A stretch of DNA of 64,000 nt from Kofleriaceae bacterium (GTDB lineage Bacteria > Myxococcota_A > Polyangia > Haliangiales > Haliangiaceae): assembly GCA_965215005.1 (NCBI GenBank), contig CBDCCZ010000018.1, forward strand, positions 96,001 through 160,000, in the 5' to 3' direction. The notes under the pieces are model-generated. The model saw only the letters and a list, made by a program, of their open reading frames with translations, had not been told where the DNA came from and searched no databases. This document shows, piece after piece, positions 50,384-62,097 of this stretch. The position numbers were made by a program, and so were the translations under genes. Position 1 is the first letter of the stretch. The number at the start of each line of letters is the position of its first letter.

Positions 50384-52627
50384 GTGAACGTACACGCGGT
50401 GTCGTCCCTGTTGGCGGCGCTGGTCATCTTGGCGATCGGCGCTTCGGTCCTGTTGCGGGACCGCACCCGGCGAACCTATACCTCGTTCGCCGCGTTCGCG
50501 TTCATGGTTTCGGCCTGGCACTTGTGCACGTTCATCGCGGTGGCCACCACTAGTCCGCTGGTGCGGTGGCTGGCGCTATGGCCCGCAGCAACCATTCCGC
50601 CTACCGCGGTGGCCTTCTTCCGGGAATTTCTCGCCCAGCCCTCCATCGGCGGCCAGCGCCGGCCACCGCGCGCGACGCTGGCGTGGACGATCGCTGCGTA
50701 TCTGGCGCTCATCTACTCGGCCATCGTCCACCCGATTCACGATGAGATCTGGTTTCAGCTGCCGTTTGGCGCGTACGTGTTTGGCGGCCTGCTCCGCTGC
50801 GTTTACGACATGTACAGCCAGTATCGCGACACCGCCAAGCGGGTCGAGCGCATCCGCATCCGCTACCTCATGCTCGGCGGCTTGGTGGCGATCACCCTGC
50901 AGCTCACCGACGTGTTGCCGCGCTTTGGCGTCGCCTGGCCGACCATCGGCAACGTCCTAACGATCCTCTATCTGTACTTCTTATCGCAGACGCTGTTTCG
51001 CTATCGACTCATCGACCTCAACGAGCTGGTCGGCAAGATGGCGGTGCTGGGAACGCTGGTGGTGCTGCTGTGGGCGGTGTATGGCCTGCTTCTGACCTGG
51101 GTCGGCGGCGGCCGAGACGGGCTGTTTCTGCTCAACGCACTGGTCGCCTCGTTCGTCATCTTGGTGCTGTTCGAGCCGGTGCGCAGCCGACTCGAAAACG
51201 GCATCAATCGCTGGCTGGTCCGCCAGCGTCACGAGCTGCGCGGTCGCATCGATAGGCTGCGTCGCGAGCTCGTCAACGTCGTCGACGTTCCCGACATGAC
51301 CGCGCGCATCATGACCGCGCTCGAAGAAGCGCGCCGGGTCACGCACGCATCGATTTACCTGCTCGACCCCGATGGTGCGGGCTTCGATTGCATCGGCAAC
51401 TATGGCGAAGCGCCAATCGAGCGCCTCGATGCGGCCTCGCACCGCTACTTCTTCGATCGGCTGCGCAGCGGCTATCTCGATCTCGAGCTGCTGCGCCGCG
51501 AGCTCGAAGAGGTCGAGGCGGGCGAGGCGCCCAAGGAAAACCGCGAGAAGCTCGACGCGCTGATTCAACAGCTCGAGGAGATGAAAACCAGCCTGGTGTT
51601 TCCCCTGTTTGGCTCCGCCGAAACCGAGCAAGGGGCGTGGCTGCTCGGCGTGCTCGCGCTGCGGGATGAACGCACCGAGGGCGCATTCGACCTCGACGAC
51701 ATCGACATGTTCCGCCAGCTCGCCGCCGCCGCGGCGCGCGCCATCGAGTCGAGCCAGGTGTATGAGCGCGTCAAGGAGCGCGATCGCCTCGCGGCCATCG
51801 GCGAGATGGCCGCTGGCCTAGCGCACGAAATTCGCAATCCGCTCGGCGCCATCAAAGGCGCTGCCCAGCTCCTCATCGGCCCCGATGGCAAGCCTGTCGA
51901 GGTCGGTCCCGAAACCGGGGAATTCCTCGATATCATCATTGAGGAGGTCAATCGTCTCAACCGCGTGGTCACGCAGTTTCTCGACTACGCGCGGCTCGAG
52001 AAGTACGAGCCGTTTGAGCCCAACCAACTCGATGTCAACGAGGTCGTGCAAAAGACCGTGCAGCTACTTGCCAATCGCGACGACGCAAGCGGCATCGACA
52101 TCGACGTCCGTATCGACGACCTCATTCCGCCGGTCGCCGGCGACGCCGAATCGCTCTTGCAGGTGTTCCTCAACCTCGGCATCAACGCGCTCCAAGCAAT
52201 GCAGCACGGCGGAGTGCTCGAAATCATTACCACCCGCCGCCGCCGCTCACGCCTCGGCTATGGCTCGTTTGCCGAAATTCGCTTTCGCGACACCGGCGTT
52301 GGCATCGCGGGCGACAAGCTGAAAAAGCTATTCATCCCGTTCTTTACGACCAAGTCGCGTGGCACTGGCCTTGGCTTGGCGATCTCGCAGCGCATCGTCA
52401 ACCAACACGGCGGCACCATCGAAGTGCGCTCGAACCCCGGCAAAGGCTCGACGTTCTCGGTGTTCTTGCCGGCGCTCGGACCATCGTTGCCCTCTCGCGA
52501 AGAGGCCGAGATCGACGGCGACTACGACGTCTTCGAGCGCGAGACGCCAGCGCCTCCGCTATCCGTCGAACCGGTCGCCGATGCCCCGGCTACGACCGGC
52601 ACCGACGAGCGGGCAGGTCCTGGTTAG
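50384..52627 (+). CDS. Multi-TM sensor histidine kinase with a GAF domain
   Basis: N-terminal multi-TM region, GAF-like region, [30 protein letters not shown]. Confidence 0.92.
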   Translation: MNVHAVSSLLAALVILAIGASVLLRDRTRRTYTSFAAFAFMVSAWHLCTFIAVATTSPLVRWLALWPAATIPPTAVAFFREFLAQPSIGGQRRPPRATLAWTIAAYLALIYSAIVHPIHDEIWFQLPFGAYVFGGLLRCVYDMYSQYRDTAKRVERIRIRYLMLGGLVAITLQLTDVLPRFGVAWPTIGNVLTILYLYFLSQTLFRYRLIDLNELVGKMAVLGTLVVLLWAVYGLLLTWVGGGRDGLFLLNALVASFVILVLFEPVRSRLENGINRWLVRQRHELRGRIDRLRRELVNVVDVPDMTARIMTALEEARRVTHASIYLLDPDGAGFDCIGNYGEAPIERLDAASHRYFFDRLRSGYLDLELLRRELEEVEAGEAPKENREKLDALIQQLEEMKTSLVFPLFGSAETEQGAWLLGVLALRDERTEGAFDLDDIDMFRQLAAAAARAIESSQVYERVKERDRLAAIGEMAAGLAHEIRNPLGAIKGAAQLLIGPDGKPVEVGPETGEFLDIIIEEVNRLNRVVTQFLDYARLEKYEPFEPNQLDVNEVVQKTVQLLANRDDASGIDIDVRIDDLIPPVAGDAESLLQVFLNLGINALQAMQHGGVLEIITTRRRRSRLGYGSFAEIRFRDTGVGIAGDKLKKLFIPFFTTKSRGTGLGLAISQRIVNQHGGTIEVRSNPGKGSTFSVFLPALGPSLPSREEAEIDGDYDVFERETPAPPLSVEPVADAPATTGTDERAGPG

Positions 52628-52720
52628 CCCCCCTCGGGCCGCCGGAGCGAGCCGCCGATCGCTCAAAGCCAAGCCCGCCGCAGCAAACCGTCGCCGCGCA
52701 TCTGCTACCTTGGTGCCGGC

Positions 52721-54139
<1,419 letters not shown>

Positions 54140-54513
54140 ATCCGAGCACTCGGATTTCAGGTTCCTTCGCGAAAAGAGAATCTCTCGTGAGTGAGCGGCT
54201 CTAGAAGCCGCAAGCGCGGTAGTAGAAAGCGCCGAGACATGGCGCAGCGCGCCAAAGCCAGCGGGCGGATGACGAGCGACTAGCTCGACAGCGCAGCGCG
54301 AGAGCCCACACGCGCGATGGGGGACGCATTCGTCTATCGGCGAATGGAACGTATGTGTCGCCACGCGAGTTACTGAAGCCATCCACCACAGATCGCCATC
54401 ATTAACTTCTTGAGTGCTTGAACCCTTGGCGGTCAGACCGATTGCGCAACTCGACCCTCGTGGCTAAGGTTCATTCGCCGCCGGCAACCTCAACAGAAGG
54501 GCAATTGCCAACA

Positions 54514-56145
54514 ATGCGAAAACGAAGCTTTTGCGCGCGAGTCGCCGTCTCTGCAGTGGCGATAGTCACGCTTGGTGGGCTTAGCGGGTGCGTGACAGAT
54601 GTCGAAGATGACGAGGCCGGTGATCCTGAAATCACGACCATTCCGCTGGTGAAGTGCGGTGGCAATCCGGTCGACGTCTACTGGGCGATCACCGACATGA
54701 CGCCGTCCACCGGAGCCGCGGCTCCCGATGGTTGGAATCTGTGGACCAACGGTACGTTGACGTTTCGCCATGACTTCAACTCCGAGAAACGCATCCTTAT
54801 CCGGGCCAAAGGCGACCCCGCCGGTGGAGTCTGGCCGCGTATGCGCGTCACCGTGGGCGGTCAGCAGGTGATGGTCAGGAACGTGTCCAGCGGCAGTTAC
54901 AAGAACTTCACCGCAGAGCTGCCAACCTTCTCCGGCACCAAGACAGTGTCCATCGCGTTCCTCAACGACTCCACCGTCAACGGCGACCGCAACCTGTACG
55001 TGCGGAAGGCTGAGATTGGCTGTGCGCAAGCCGACGACGGCGGCGGCAATGAAGACGGCGGCGCCGATGACGGCGGCAGCGCCGGCACCGGCTATCAGGC
55101 GGGCGTGCTGCCGCGTGCCGACTTGATCACGGAGGCCGACCTCCGAAGCACCTATAGCGGATGGAAGTCGAAGTACATCGTTGACTGTGGCAGTGGTCGT
55201 GCACGAGTAGAGAACTTCGAGAACGGCACACGCACCACGTACTCTGAAGGACAAGGCTACGGCATGTTGATCGCGGCGTACATGAATGACAGGACGCTGT
55301 TCGATCGACTATGGGCGATGGGCAAAGCGCGCCTCAATGGCAATGGAGTGATGGGCTGGCAGTTTGACTGCAACGGCTACATCAGCTCGGTCGGCGGCAG
55401 CACCTCCGCGACCGATGGCGATCTCGACGCGATCATGGGCCTTGCGGTCGCCGCAGATCGCTGGGGCTCGAGCTATCGAACCCAAGCCGTTCAGTACATC
55501 ACCGACCTAAAAGATCATAACTTCCTCAAGCACCCAGGAAGCGGCACTTGGATTCAGGCACCGGGCGATGACGATGGTCGCCGCCTGCAATACTTTGGCA
55601 ACAGCTCGTACTTCATCCCCGCCTATTACCGCGTCTTTCAACAGCTCAGCGGAGATGCCGATTGGGGCGCCATCACGAGCGACACCTATGACCAACTCGA
55701 GGCCGCTGCTCATGGCACCACCGGTCTCGTGGGCAACGAAGTCTATTGGGACGGGCGCAACAAGGAAAACCAGGTCGACTACAACGGAGCTCGCATGCCC
55801 TGGCGGCTCGCCCTCGATGTCCTATGGCACAACAACAGCCGCGGCAAAGCCCTCCTAGCGAAGCAGAATGCGTGGGCGGTGAACCTCGGCGTCGGCAACA
55901 TCCGCGACGGCTACAATCGCGACGGCACCATGACCGGTGGCTGGAACGAGAGCCCGGCCTTCATGGGAGCCTGGGCCGTTGGCATGATGGCGCGCAATCA
56001 AGCCAGCGTGAACACCTTCACCGAGTTCTTCGTCAATCGCGCCACCTTTGACCAGTATTACGCGACCTCGCTGCGACTACTCTACCAGCTAACCCTCACC
56101 GGGCGCATGTGGCGCCCCGGCAACGGCGTCCCCGCCGGCCTCTGA
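54514..56145 (+). CDS. GH8 glycoside hydrolase lipoprotein with an N-terminal CBM60-like carbohydrate-binding module
   Basis: LSGC lipobox; IAFLND...DRNLYV; GH8 motifs YSEGQGYGM, SATDGD, SYFIPAY, YNGARMPWR. Confidence 0.85.
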   Translation: MRKRSFCARVAVSAVAIVTLGGLSGCVTDVEDDEAGDPEITTIPLVKCGGNPVDVYWAITDMTPSTGAAAPDGWNLWTNGTLTFRHDFNSEKRILIRAKGDPAGGVWPRMRVTVGGQQVMVRNVSSGSYKNFTAELPTFSGTKTVSIAFLNDSTVNGDRNLYVRKAEIGCAQADDGGGNEDGGADDGGSAGTGYQAGVLPRADLITEADLRSTYSGWKSKYIVDCGSGRARVENFENGTRTTYSEGQGYGMLIAAYMNDRTLFDRLWAMGKARLNGNGVMGWQFDCNGYISSVGGSTSATDGDLDAIMGLAVAADRWGSSYRTQAVQYITDLKDHNFLKHPGSGTWIQAPGDDDGRRLQYFGNSSYFIPAYYRVFQQLSGDADWGAITSDTYDQLEAAAHGTTGLVGNEVYWDGRNKENQVDYNGARMPWRLALDVLWHNNSRGKALLAKQNAWAVNLGVGNIRDGYNRDGTMTGGWNESPAFMGAWAVGMMARNQASVNTFTEFFVNRATFDQYYATSLRLLYQLTLTGRMWRPGNGVPAGL

Positions 56146-56155
56146 GCCCAATGCC

Positions 56156-56189
56156 AGGCGCGGCGCCCTCCTCGGGGCGCCGCATGCCT
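56156..56189 (+). terminator. GC-rich hairpin after the GH8 gene
   Basis: GCGGCGCCC-TCCTCG-GGGCGCCGC stem extended by AGGC/GCCT; weak U-tract. Confidence 0.45.
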
Positions 56190-56570
56190 TAAAGCGGCGC
56201 CACAGCCGACGCTGCGCAGCGTCGGCGCGAAGCACCGGCCCCGCGGCCCGGTTGTGGACCACCACATCCGCTTATTGCCGCCCCGTCCAGCAAGTGGGCA
56301 GCCGCCCATATCACGACAAGCACATCTCTACAGCTCCGCGATCGCGGAGCTGCATCCTCCTGCGCTACTGATTGAAGCGAGTCGCCGCCAACGGCGGTGG
56401 ACGAGCGTTCGGCCATCTTTCCCGAGGGACCGTCGCGTGGGAAGCTGCCGGCCAGCTCAGTGTCGCACCATGCAAGCCGACAGAGGCGGCCGTGCCTGAG
56501 TTGTTGATAGAGCGGCGAGAACGCCTGTGTCGGGCGGAGGTCCTGCGATGCCGAAGGAGATTGCGAACCG

Positions 56571-57263
56571 ATGAGCAAGATTACCGACTGCACGCTGCCG
56601 TGTCCGTCGTGTGGGCAGGAGCAGAAGCTAACCGTTTTCGAGAGTCTCAATGGCGAGCGGGTACCGGCGCAGGTCGAACGATTGGTGCGCGGCGAGTTCG
56701 AGCGCAGCCGGTGCAGCCAGTGCAACGGCGAATTCGTGCCGGAGCATCGAATGCTGCTTTCGTGGTTCTCGCGCGGTCTCTGGATCGTCATGCATCCACG
56801 GCCGGAGCGGGTGCGCTTCGCGACGCTGGAGCGGGGGATCGAGCTGGTGATGGAAGAGCAGTTGGCACTGGCTCCGCCGGTGGTGCAGCACCAGACGCGC
56901 GGGGTTCGGCCACGGCTGGTATTTGGACAGGAGATGCTGCGTGAGGCGGTGATGGTTGCCAACGCGGGGCTCGATCCGGCGCTGCTCGAGTGCGCCAAGC
57001 TACTGGCGTTGCGGCGGGACATGCAGCGCTTCGTGCAGTTTGGGCCGATTCAGCTGTGCTTTGCGGGCCTTGCGGACGACGGAGCGCTCGAGCACGAAGT
57101 GCGCGGAGTGACGACCGGCCGTGTCGTCGGTGAGATTCGCCTGCCCGCCGATGCGCTAGCGGAATGTCGTGCTAGTCAGCCAGAGCTCGAGCTGCGCTTC
57201 CCCGACCTGTTCGCGCAGCCATACGTTTCCGCCTGCCGGTATCTGTACGGCACGACGGTATAG
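56571..57263 (+). CDS. CpXC domain (zinc-ribbon) protein
   Basis: AAGGAG RBS; CPSCG...SLN...CSQC; RLVFG..LREAV. Confidence 0.78.
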   Translation: MSKITDCTLPCPSCGQEQKLTVFESLNGERVPAQVERLVRGEFERSRCSQCNGEFVPEHRMLLSWFSRGLWIVMHPRPERVRFATLERGIELVMEEQLALAPPVVQHQTRGVRPRLVFGQEMLREAVMVANAGLDPALLECAKLLALRRDMQRFVQFGPIQLCFAGLADDGALEHEVRGVTTGRVVGEIRLPADALAECRASQPELELRFPDLFAQPYVSACRYLYGTTV

Positions 57264-57278
57264 CGGTGGGGTTGCGCC

Positions 57279-59747
57279 TCAGGGGGCAAGCGTGCAGCTC
57301 GGATCAGCGACGGTGACAGCGTTGTTCATTCCGAAGATGAGCTGGTCACCGGCGCTCGTCATCGACAGCGGTTCGTCGGGCAACTCGTAACCGGTGATGA
57401 GGGACAAATCATCGGTGCGGCGTGCCTCCACGATCCAGCGGGCGCGCGATGGCTCGACCGTGCGGTCCCACTCGAGCACTGCTAGGTGCAATCGCTGGCC
57501 GGCGAACCCGAGAATGCGCAGTCCGTGGTGTCGGCGCAGCTCATCGTCGGGCAACGGGTGCTCTGCGGTGATTACCACCTGTTCTCCGACTCGTTCGATC
57601 ACGGTGAGAGACTCATGGCTTGCGAGAAGAGCTCGATTGCCGTGAACCACGATCTCGCTTGGCCATTGATCGGTCGTGAGTCGCGTACGCGCCTGGAGCG
57701 TCAGCTGTTTGTTGTCGAGGTCGAACCACGAGACGGTCCAGGTGCGGTCTTTATGCGAATGCGCCACGACGAGTGTCTTTGCCGAAGGGTCGACGCCCAA
57801 GGATTGGTAGCTCTGATCCTCCTCGGAGAATTCGAGGTCGATCAGCGCTTCGAAATCGGATCGCGTCGGTTCCGGTCCCGGCGATGCGAGCATGTCGTAG
57901 CGATAGAGCTGCACGCCGACCTCTTCGACCCTCTCGGCGGTAAACAGGTATCGACCGGCGGCCTTCAAGTCGAGCCAGTGCTCCTCGGGTCCGGGAAGTA
58001 CGAGCTCACCCTCAACCCCCGGAGGCGCGCTGCTGACGTCGAGCTGACCGATGCGAACTGGTCCCCGGCTGTGTCGGGTGCCTCCGAGCAGCCTGCGCGA
58101 CAACAGCAGCCGCGGCGCTCGCCCCGGCATGATGGCCAACCGATACCGCGGTAGCGCTCGCGACATCGTCTGTCCTCCGCTGAGGATCACCGGCGCATCG
58201 GGATCAGCGATATCAATGGCGTGACTGGCGTAGATGCCGAGCGCGACCAATACGTTGGAGGCCTGGGCGAGAACCCACGCCATGGAGCCGTGGCGATGCC
58301 CGGTGATTGGACTGATCTCGCCAGCATTGCCGAGGTGCAAAACCGTGCGCCAGGGCTGCAACACCGCGTACTGCTCATTGCGAATCGGACGAACGGTGCT
58401 GACAAAGTCGCCTACGCAGCATCCTTGGCGAAACGTCCATTGGTCGCCCGGCGCCACCGCACCGTTGGCACCCACGGTATAGGTGGCGGCGTGATAGTCG
58501 CCGCCAACTCCGTACTGGCGCCACTGCACGAGCAACTGATCGCTCCAGATGGCGACTCCGGTGGGGCCGTGACGCTCTGGAGCCGGCACCGTGCCGACAT
58601 GCTCGAGGGTGGCGGCATCGACCAGCTCGACCGCCCCAAGGTCCCCGGCTCGCCCGACGCTCAGCAGCGCGATGTGCGTGGCGCTGGCGTCGAGAAACTC
58701 GAAGTAGATGTTGTCGAGGACGCGGGCCTGCTCGGTCGGCTGCCGCGGATTCCGCACATCGAACACCGTGAGCCCTGCTCCGGCCATGTACAAGCGATCT
58801 CCTCCAGGAGACGCGGCCAGCTCGCTGCAATAGTCGGTTGGCTGCTCGACCACCTCCTGCATCTGGCCGCTGGCATCGAGCTGATAGCCCCAGAGATAGC
58901 GATGATAGGTCACCGACCCGCACAGCCACAGCGTCTCGCCCGTTGCGGCGACGCCGGTCACCAGACGCCGCGTTTGCCTGTCCCTAGGCAAAGGCATCCA
59001 CGAGCGTTGAACCAGTCGATCGCCATCGATTGCAACCATTGCGATTCCTGCGGCTCTGTTGCCGTATTCGTCGGTCGTGATGAGCGCAACCAGCGTGGGG
59101 GTCATCGGGACCACGAACGAGGTCGGCTCGTCTCCCCATACCCCTACGCTCTTACTCCGATGGGTCAGCGGCACGTCGACTGACAGAGTGTCGAGCACCT
59201 CCACGCCATCGGGATGCAACTCGACCAGGTGCAAGCGCGACTGCTGATAGCCAAGCGACTCCGCGACGATCGCCCGGGCCTCACCGACGAATGCAGCAAG
59301 CCCTTCGAACGCGTCATCCTCCGGTGAAGCGCCGAAGCTGTGCACTTCGCTGCGGATGCCGGGCTCGCGCTCCACCGCCTCACCCACGCAGCTGCCCGCC
59401 GCACAAACATCGGCGGTCGTGCACGCGTCGAGATCATCGCAGGCCGTGCCATCCGCCAGCGGCCGGAGCTCACACGCGCCATCTGCCGTGAGCTCCGCTT
59501 GCTGACACGGCTCGAACGACAGACACCGCGGCGGCGCATCACTATTAGGCGAGCCGTCGGGCTCACTGCTCGCATCCGCAGCCGGCTCCAGAACTCCCGC
59601 ATCCGTGCTTGCCCCAGAGCCCGAGCCGCCACAACCCATGTCTAGCGAAGCGATAAGCGCGACCAGCAAGACCCAGCCGCCCCACTCTCGCCACACCGCG
59701 CGCGCTTCTACCCTCAGCCGTTCCTCGGTCAACATTGCTAGCACCAC
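57279..59747 (-). CDS. Large lipoprotein with a Cys-rich motif and beta-propeller-like (LVIVD-type) repeats; start uncertain
   Basis: LDMGCGG lipobox-like; DGTACDDLDACTTADVCAAGSCVG; GLTVFDVRNPRQP and IDIADPDAP. Confidence 0.7.
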   Translation of the reverse strand: MVLAMLTEERLRVEARAVWREWGGWVLLVALIASLDMGCGGSGSGASTDAGVLEPAADASSEPDGSPNSDAPPRCLSFEPCQQAELTADGACELRPLADGTACDDLDACTTADVCAAGSCVGEAVEREPGIRSEVHSFGASPEDDAFEGLAAFVGEARAIVAESLGYQQSRLHLVELHPDGVEVLDTLSVDVPLTHRSKSVGVWGDEPTSFVVPMTPTLVALITTDEYGNRAAGIAMVAIDGDRLVQRSWMPLPRDRQTRRLVTGVAATGETLWLCGSVTYHRYLWGYQLDASGQMQEVVEQPTDYCSELAASPGGDRLYMAGAGLTVFDVRNPRQPTEQARVLDNIYFEFLDASATHIALLSVGRAGDLGAVELVDAATLEHVGTVPAPERHGPTGVAIWSDQLLVQWRQYGVGGDYHAATYTVGANGAVAPGDQWTFRQGCCVGDFVSTVRPIRNEQYAVLQPWRTVLHLGNAGEISPITGHRHGSMAWVLAQASNVLVALGIYASHAIDIADPDAPVILSGGQTMSRALPRYRLAIMPGRAPRLLLSRRLLGGTRHSRGPVRIGQLDVSSAPPGVEGELVLPGPEEHWLDLKAAGRYLFTAERVEEVGVQLYRYDMLASPGPEPTRSDFEALIDLEFSEEDQSYQSLGVDPSAKTLVVAHSHKDRTWTVSWFDLDNKQLTLQARTRLTTDQWPSEIVVHGNRALLASHESLTVIERVGEQVVITAEHPLPDDELRRHHGLRILGFAGQRLHLAVLEWDRTVEPSRARWIVEARRTDDLSLITGYELPDEPLSMTSAGDQLIFGMNNAVTVADPSCTLAP

Positions 59748-59968
59748 GCCACCTTCCTAGGAATCACGTTGGAAGTCGTGAACCAGGTCGAAACCACCGT
59801 ACGAAGTGGGCGCAGTCTGCATCATGAAAGCAGCCTCCGCCTCCCCCAGCTTCGACTCTGCCAACCTTTACCCGCCGTCCGAGGATCTCATCCGGCCGTG
59901 CATGAGCCATTCACGAGCGGCTAATACCCCGCCGCGGGATTGATGACGCAGAAGTCCGCCGTGAACCA

Positions 59969-61000
59969 CTAGCTCTTCGTGCGGCGCCGGCTCACGCGCA
60001 CCCTCCACGCCGCGTCCTCTTTGACGATCTCCACGTCGACGTCGAGAAAGCTACCAATGACATCGCAATGCGTGCGCGTGTGCTCGGTGGGCTCCACGGT
60101 TCGAAAGCAACCGCCGCCCGCGATGGCGAGCCACAACAGCAGTTGGTCGGCGAGGTACTGACCAACGGGCACCTCAGCAGCGAGGTACGTCTTCACCTCG
60201 CGAACCACGCCCGCGGCGACGTGTTCGGCCGCCAGCCCTTTCTCCCCAAATCCAGTGAAGACCTCGGTGACCTCTTCGGACTCGATGACCACGGTGACGA
60301 CATTGCCGGGACCCATGGCGTTTTCCACGCGGTGTACTTGCGCAGGGGTGCCGTCCCAGTCGAGAGCCGCAGCAATCGCCCTCACCTCGCGGGTACCGAT
60401 GTCCGTCGCCACCACCGAAACCTGCGCCGCAATCTCGCGCCGGCGGATGACGCCGCGGGTTTCGAGCGCGAGCGGCATGAGGCGTTGGGTCGGCGTGACC
60501 CGATACGTCACGTGTCCGCCGCCGGCAGGATAGAAGCCATGACGATGGAGCTGCCCCTCTATCGTCACTCCCATGCGACTGAGAAGGGGGAATAGTGCAT
60601 GGATCAAAAAGTCGAAAGGCGGCGCGAACGGATTATGAGTGCCGCCACGCAGCTCCACAGTCGACGGACCCGCCGCAAGAGCGAGAGCCGGCAACACCGT
60701 CTGAAATACTAGACTCGTGCTTCCCGCGCTCCCAATCGCAAATGCATACGTTCCTGCCTTCACCTCTCCCGGAGCAAACCGCAGCGCCGTGCTGCCAATG
60801 ACTGCGCCCTCGACAGTTGCTCCAGACACCTCGGCCGCGGCCTGAACCGCCGTGAGGTGCTGACGCAGGAGACCGGGCCGGCGCCGGCCGCCCCGAATCT
60901 TCTCGATTCGAAATGGCGTCTTGGTGAGCAGCGAGAGAGCGAGTGAGGAGCGCAGAATCTGCCCGCCTCCTTCTCCTTGAGATCCATCGATTACGAGCAC
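59969..61000 (-). CDS. rtcA: RNA 3'-terminal phosphate cyclase
   Basis: IDGSQGEGGGQILR, PGLLRQH, GGTH...PP, GFYPAGGG, YLADQL, PTEHTRT (catalytic His). Confidence 0.96.
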   Translation of the reverse strand: MLVIDGSQGEGGGQILRSSLALSLLTKTPFRIEKIRGGRRRPGLLRQHLTAVQAAAEVSGATVEGAVIGSTALRFAPGEVKAGTYAFAIGSAGSTSLVFQTVLPALALAAGPSTVELRGGTHNPFAPPFDFLIHALFPLLSRMGVTIEGQLHRHGFYPAGGGHVTYRVTPTQRLMPLALETRGVIRRREIAAQVSVVATDIGTREVRAIAAALDWDGTPAQVHRVENAMGPGNVVTVVIESEEVTEVFTGFGEKGLAAEHVAAGVVREVKTYLAAEVPVGQYLADQLLLWLAIAGGGCFRTVEPTEHTRTHCDVIGSFLDVDVEIVKEDAAWRVRVSRRRTKS

Positions 61001-61010
61001 GGGAGCACCG

Positions 61011-61172
61011 TCATCCTTTCACACACACGACCTGCCGCAGCGTATATATCACTTCCACCAGATCACGCTGGGCCGCCATCACGTCGTCTATCGATTTGTA
61101 TGCTGCAGGCGTTTCGTCGATGACTCCTGCGTCCTTACGACACTCCACTAGTGCCGTGGCTTTGGCGCGGTC
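61011..61172 (-). pseudogene. rtcB: C-terminal remnant of RNA ligase RtcB (53 aa)
   Basis: Minus strand translates DRAKATALVECRKDAGVIDETPAAYKSIDDVMAAQRDLVEVIYTLRQVVCVKG*; similarity is lost upstream and an in-frame TGA occurs ~21 codons further on. Confidence 0.9.
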
Positions 61173-61200
61173 ATTCGCCTGCCCACGCACGTCGGTACCC

Positions 61201-61246
61201 GATGCCGACGTGACGAGCCAACTATTGGGCGCGTCACGTCAGCATC
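61201..61246. terminator. Long imperfect hairpin between the SDR gene and the rtcB remnant
   Basis: GATGCCGACGTGACGAGCCAA-CTA-TTGGGCGCGTCACGTCAGCATC. Confidence 0.6.
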
Positions 61247-61281
61247 ATCAGCGCTCAGCAGCTCGCGTTGAGCCTCTAGCT

Positions 61282-62004
61282 CTAGCCCAGAGGAGGTTTC
61301 GCAAGCCGCAGCGTAATCTCCTCCGGCACGCATGCCGCGCTGGTGCGAATCGCCAGCATCGCCGCCTCTGCAATGTCCTCGGGCTGCAGCATCTTGCTGC
61401 GATCCGCTCCTTCTACACCCGCCGTCATATCGGTATCGACGAAGGCGGGATTGATGAGAACCACCTTGATTCCCTCGTGCCGCAGCTTGCGATAGCAGCT
61501 CAAGCTCCAGCCGCGCAGCCCGTGCTTAGAGGCAGCGTACGCCCCATTCTCGGTCATTCCCTCGATTGCCGCCACACTGCCGATGTTGATGATCGTACCG
61601 CGCTGCGCCGCCCGCATCGCTGGGGCCAATCGCCGAGTGAGGCGCATCGGCGCCGCCAGATTCACCAGCAGCCGCTCATCCCACTCGTCCGGATCGCCCT
61701 CCAGCGCATGCCCCGAAAGCGACATCCCGGCGTTGTTGACCAACACGTCAATGACGCCATGCGCCTCCACCAGCCGACTCGCGAGCGCATCGATTGCCTG
61801 CCCATCGCCCAGATCCACCACCTCGACCTGTGCCAGTCGCGCCCCCGCCTGCCGGCACGCCGCCGCCGTCTCCTCGAGCGCATCGCGTGAGCGAGCCGCG
61901 AGCACCACCGCCGCCCCCTCCGCGGCCAGCGCCTTCGCAATCGCGCGTCCAATTCCTCGGCTCGCGCCAGTAATGAGTGCCGTCTGCTCGTTGAGTCGTG
62001 CCAT
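61282..62004 (-). CDS. Short-chain dehydrogenase/reductase
   Basis: TGASRGIG, VNNAG, NIGS, YAASK. Confidence 0.93.
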   Translation of the reverse strand: MARLNEQTALITGASRGIGRAIAKALAAEGAAVVLAARSRDALEETAAACRQAGARLAQVEVVDLGDGQAIDALASRLVEAHGVIDVLVNNAGMSLSGHALEGDPDEWDERLLVNLAAPMRLTRRLAPAMRAAQRGTIINIGSVAAIEGMTENGAYAASKHGLRGWSLSCYRKLRHEGIKVVLINPAFVDTDMTAGVEGADRSKMLQPEDIAEAAMLAIRTSAACVPEEITLRLAKPPLG

Positions 62005-62097
62005 AGCGGCCGCAGCGTAGCGCATCCAGGGCGGCGCAAGGCACCACTCGAGCTCGCCGATCGTGTCGGTAGGCAACGCAGCCGCGCCCAATGGTTC

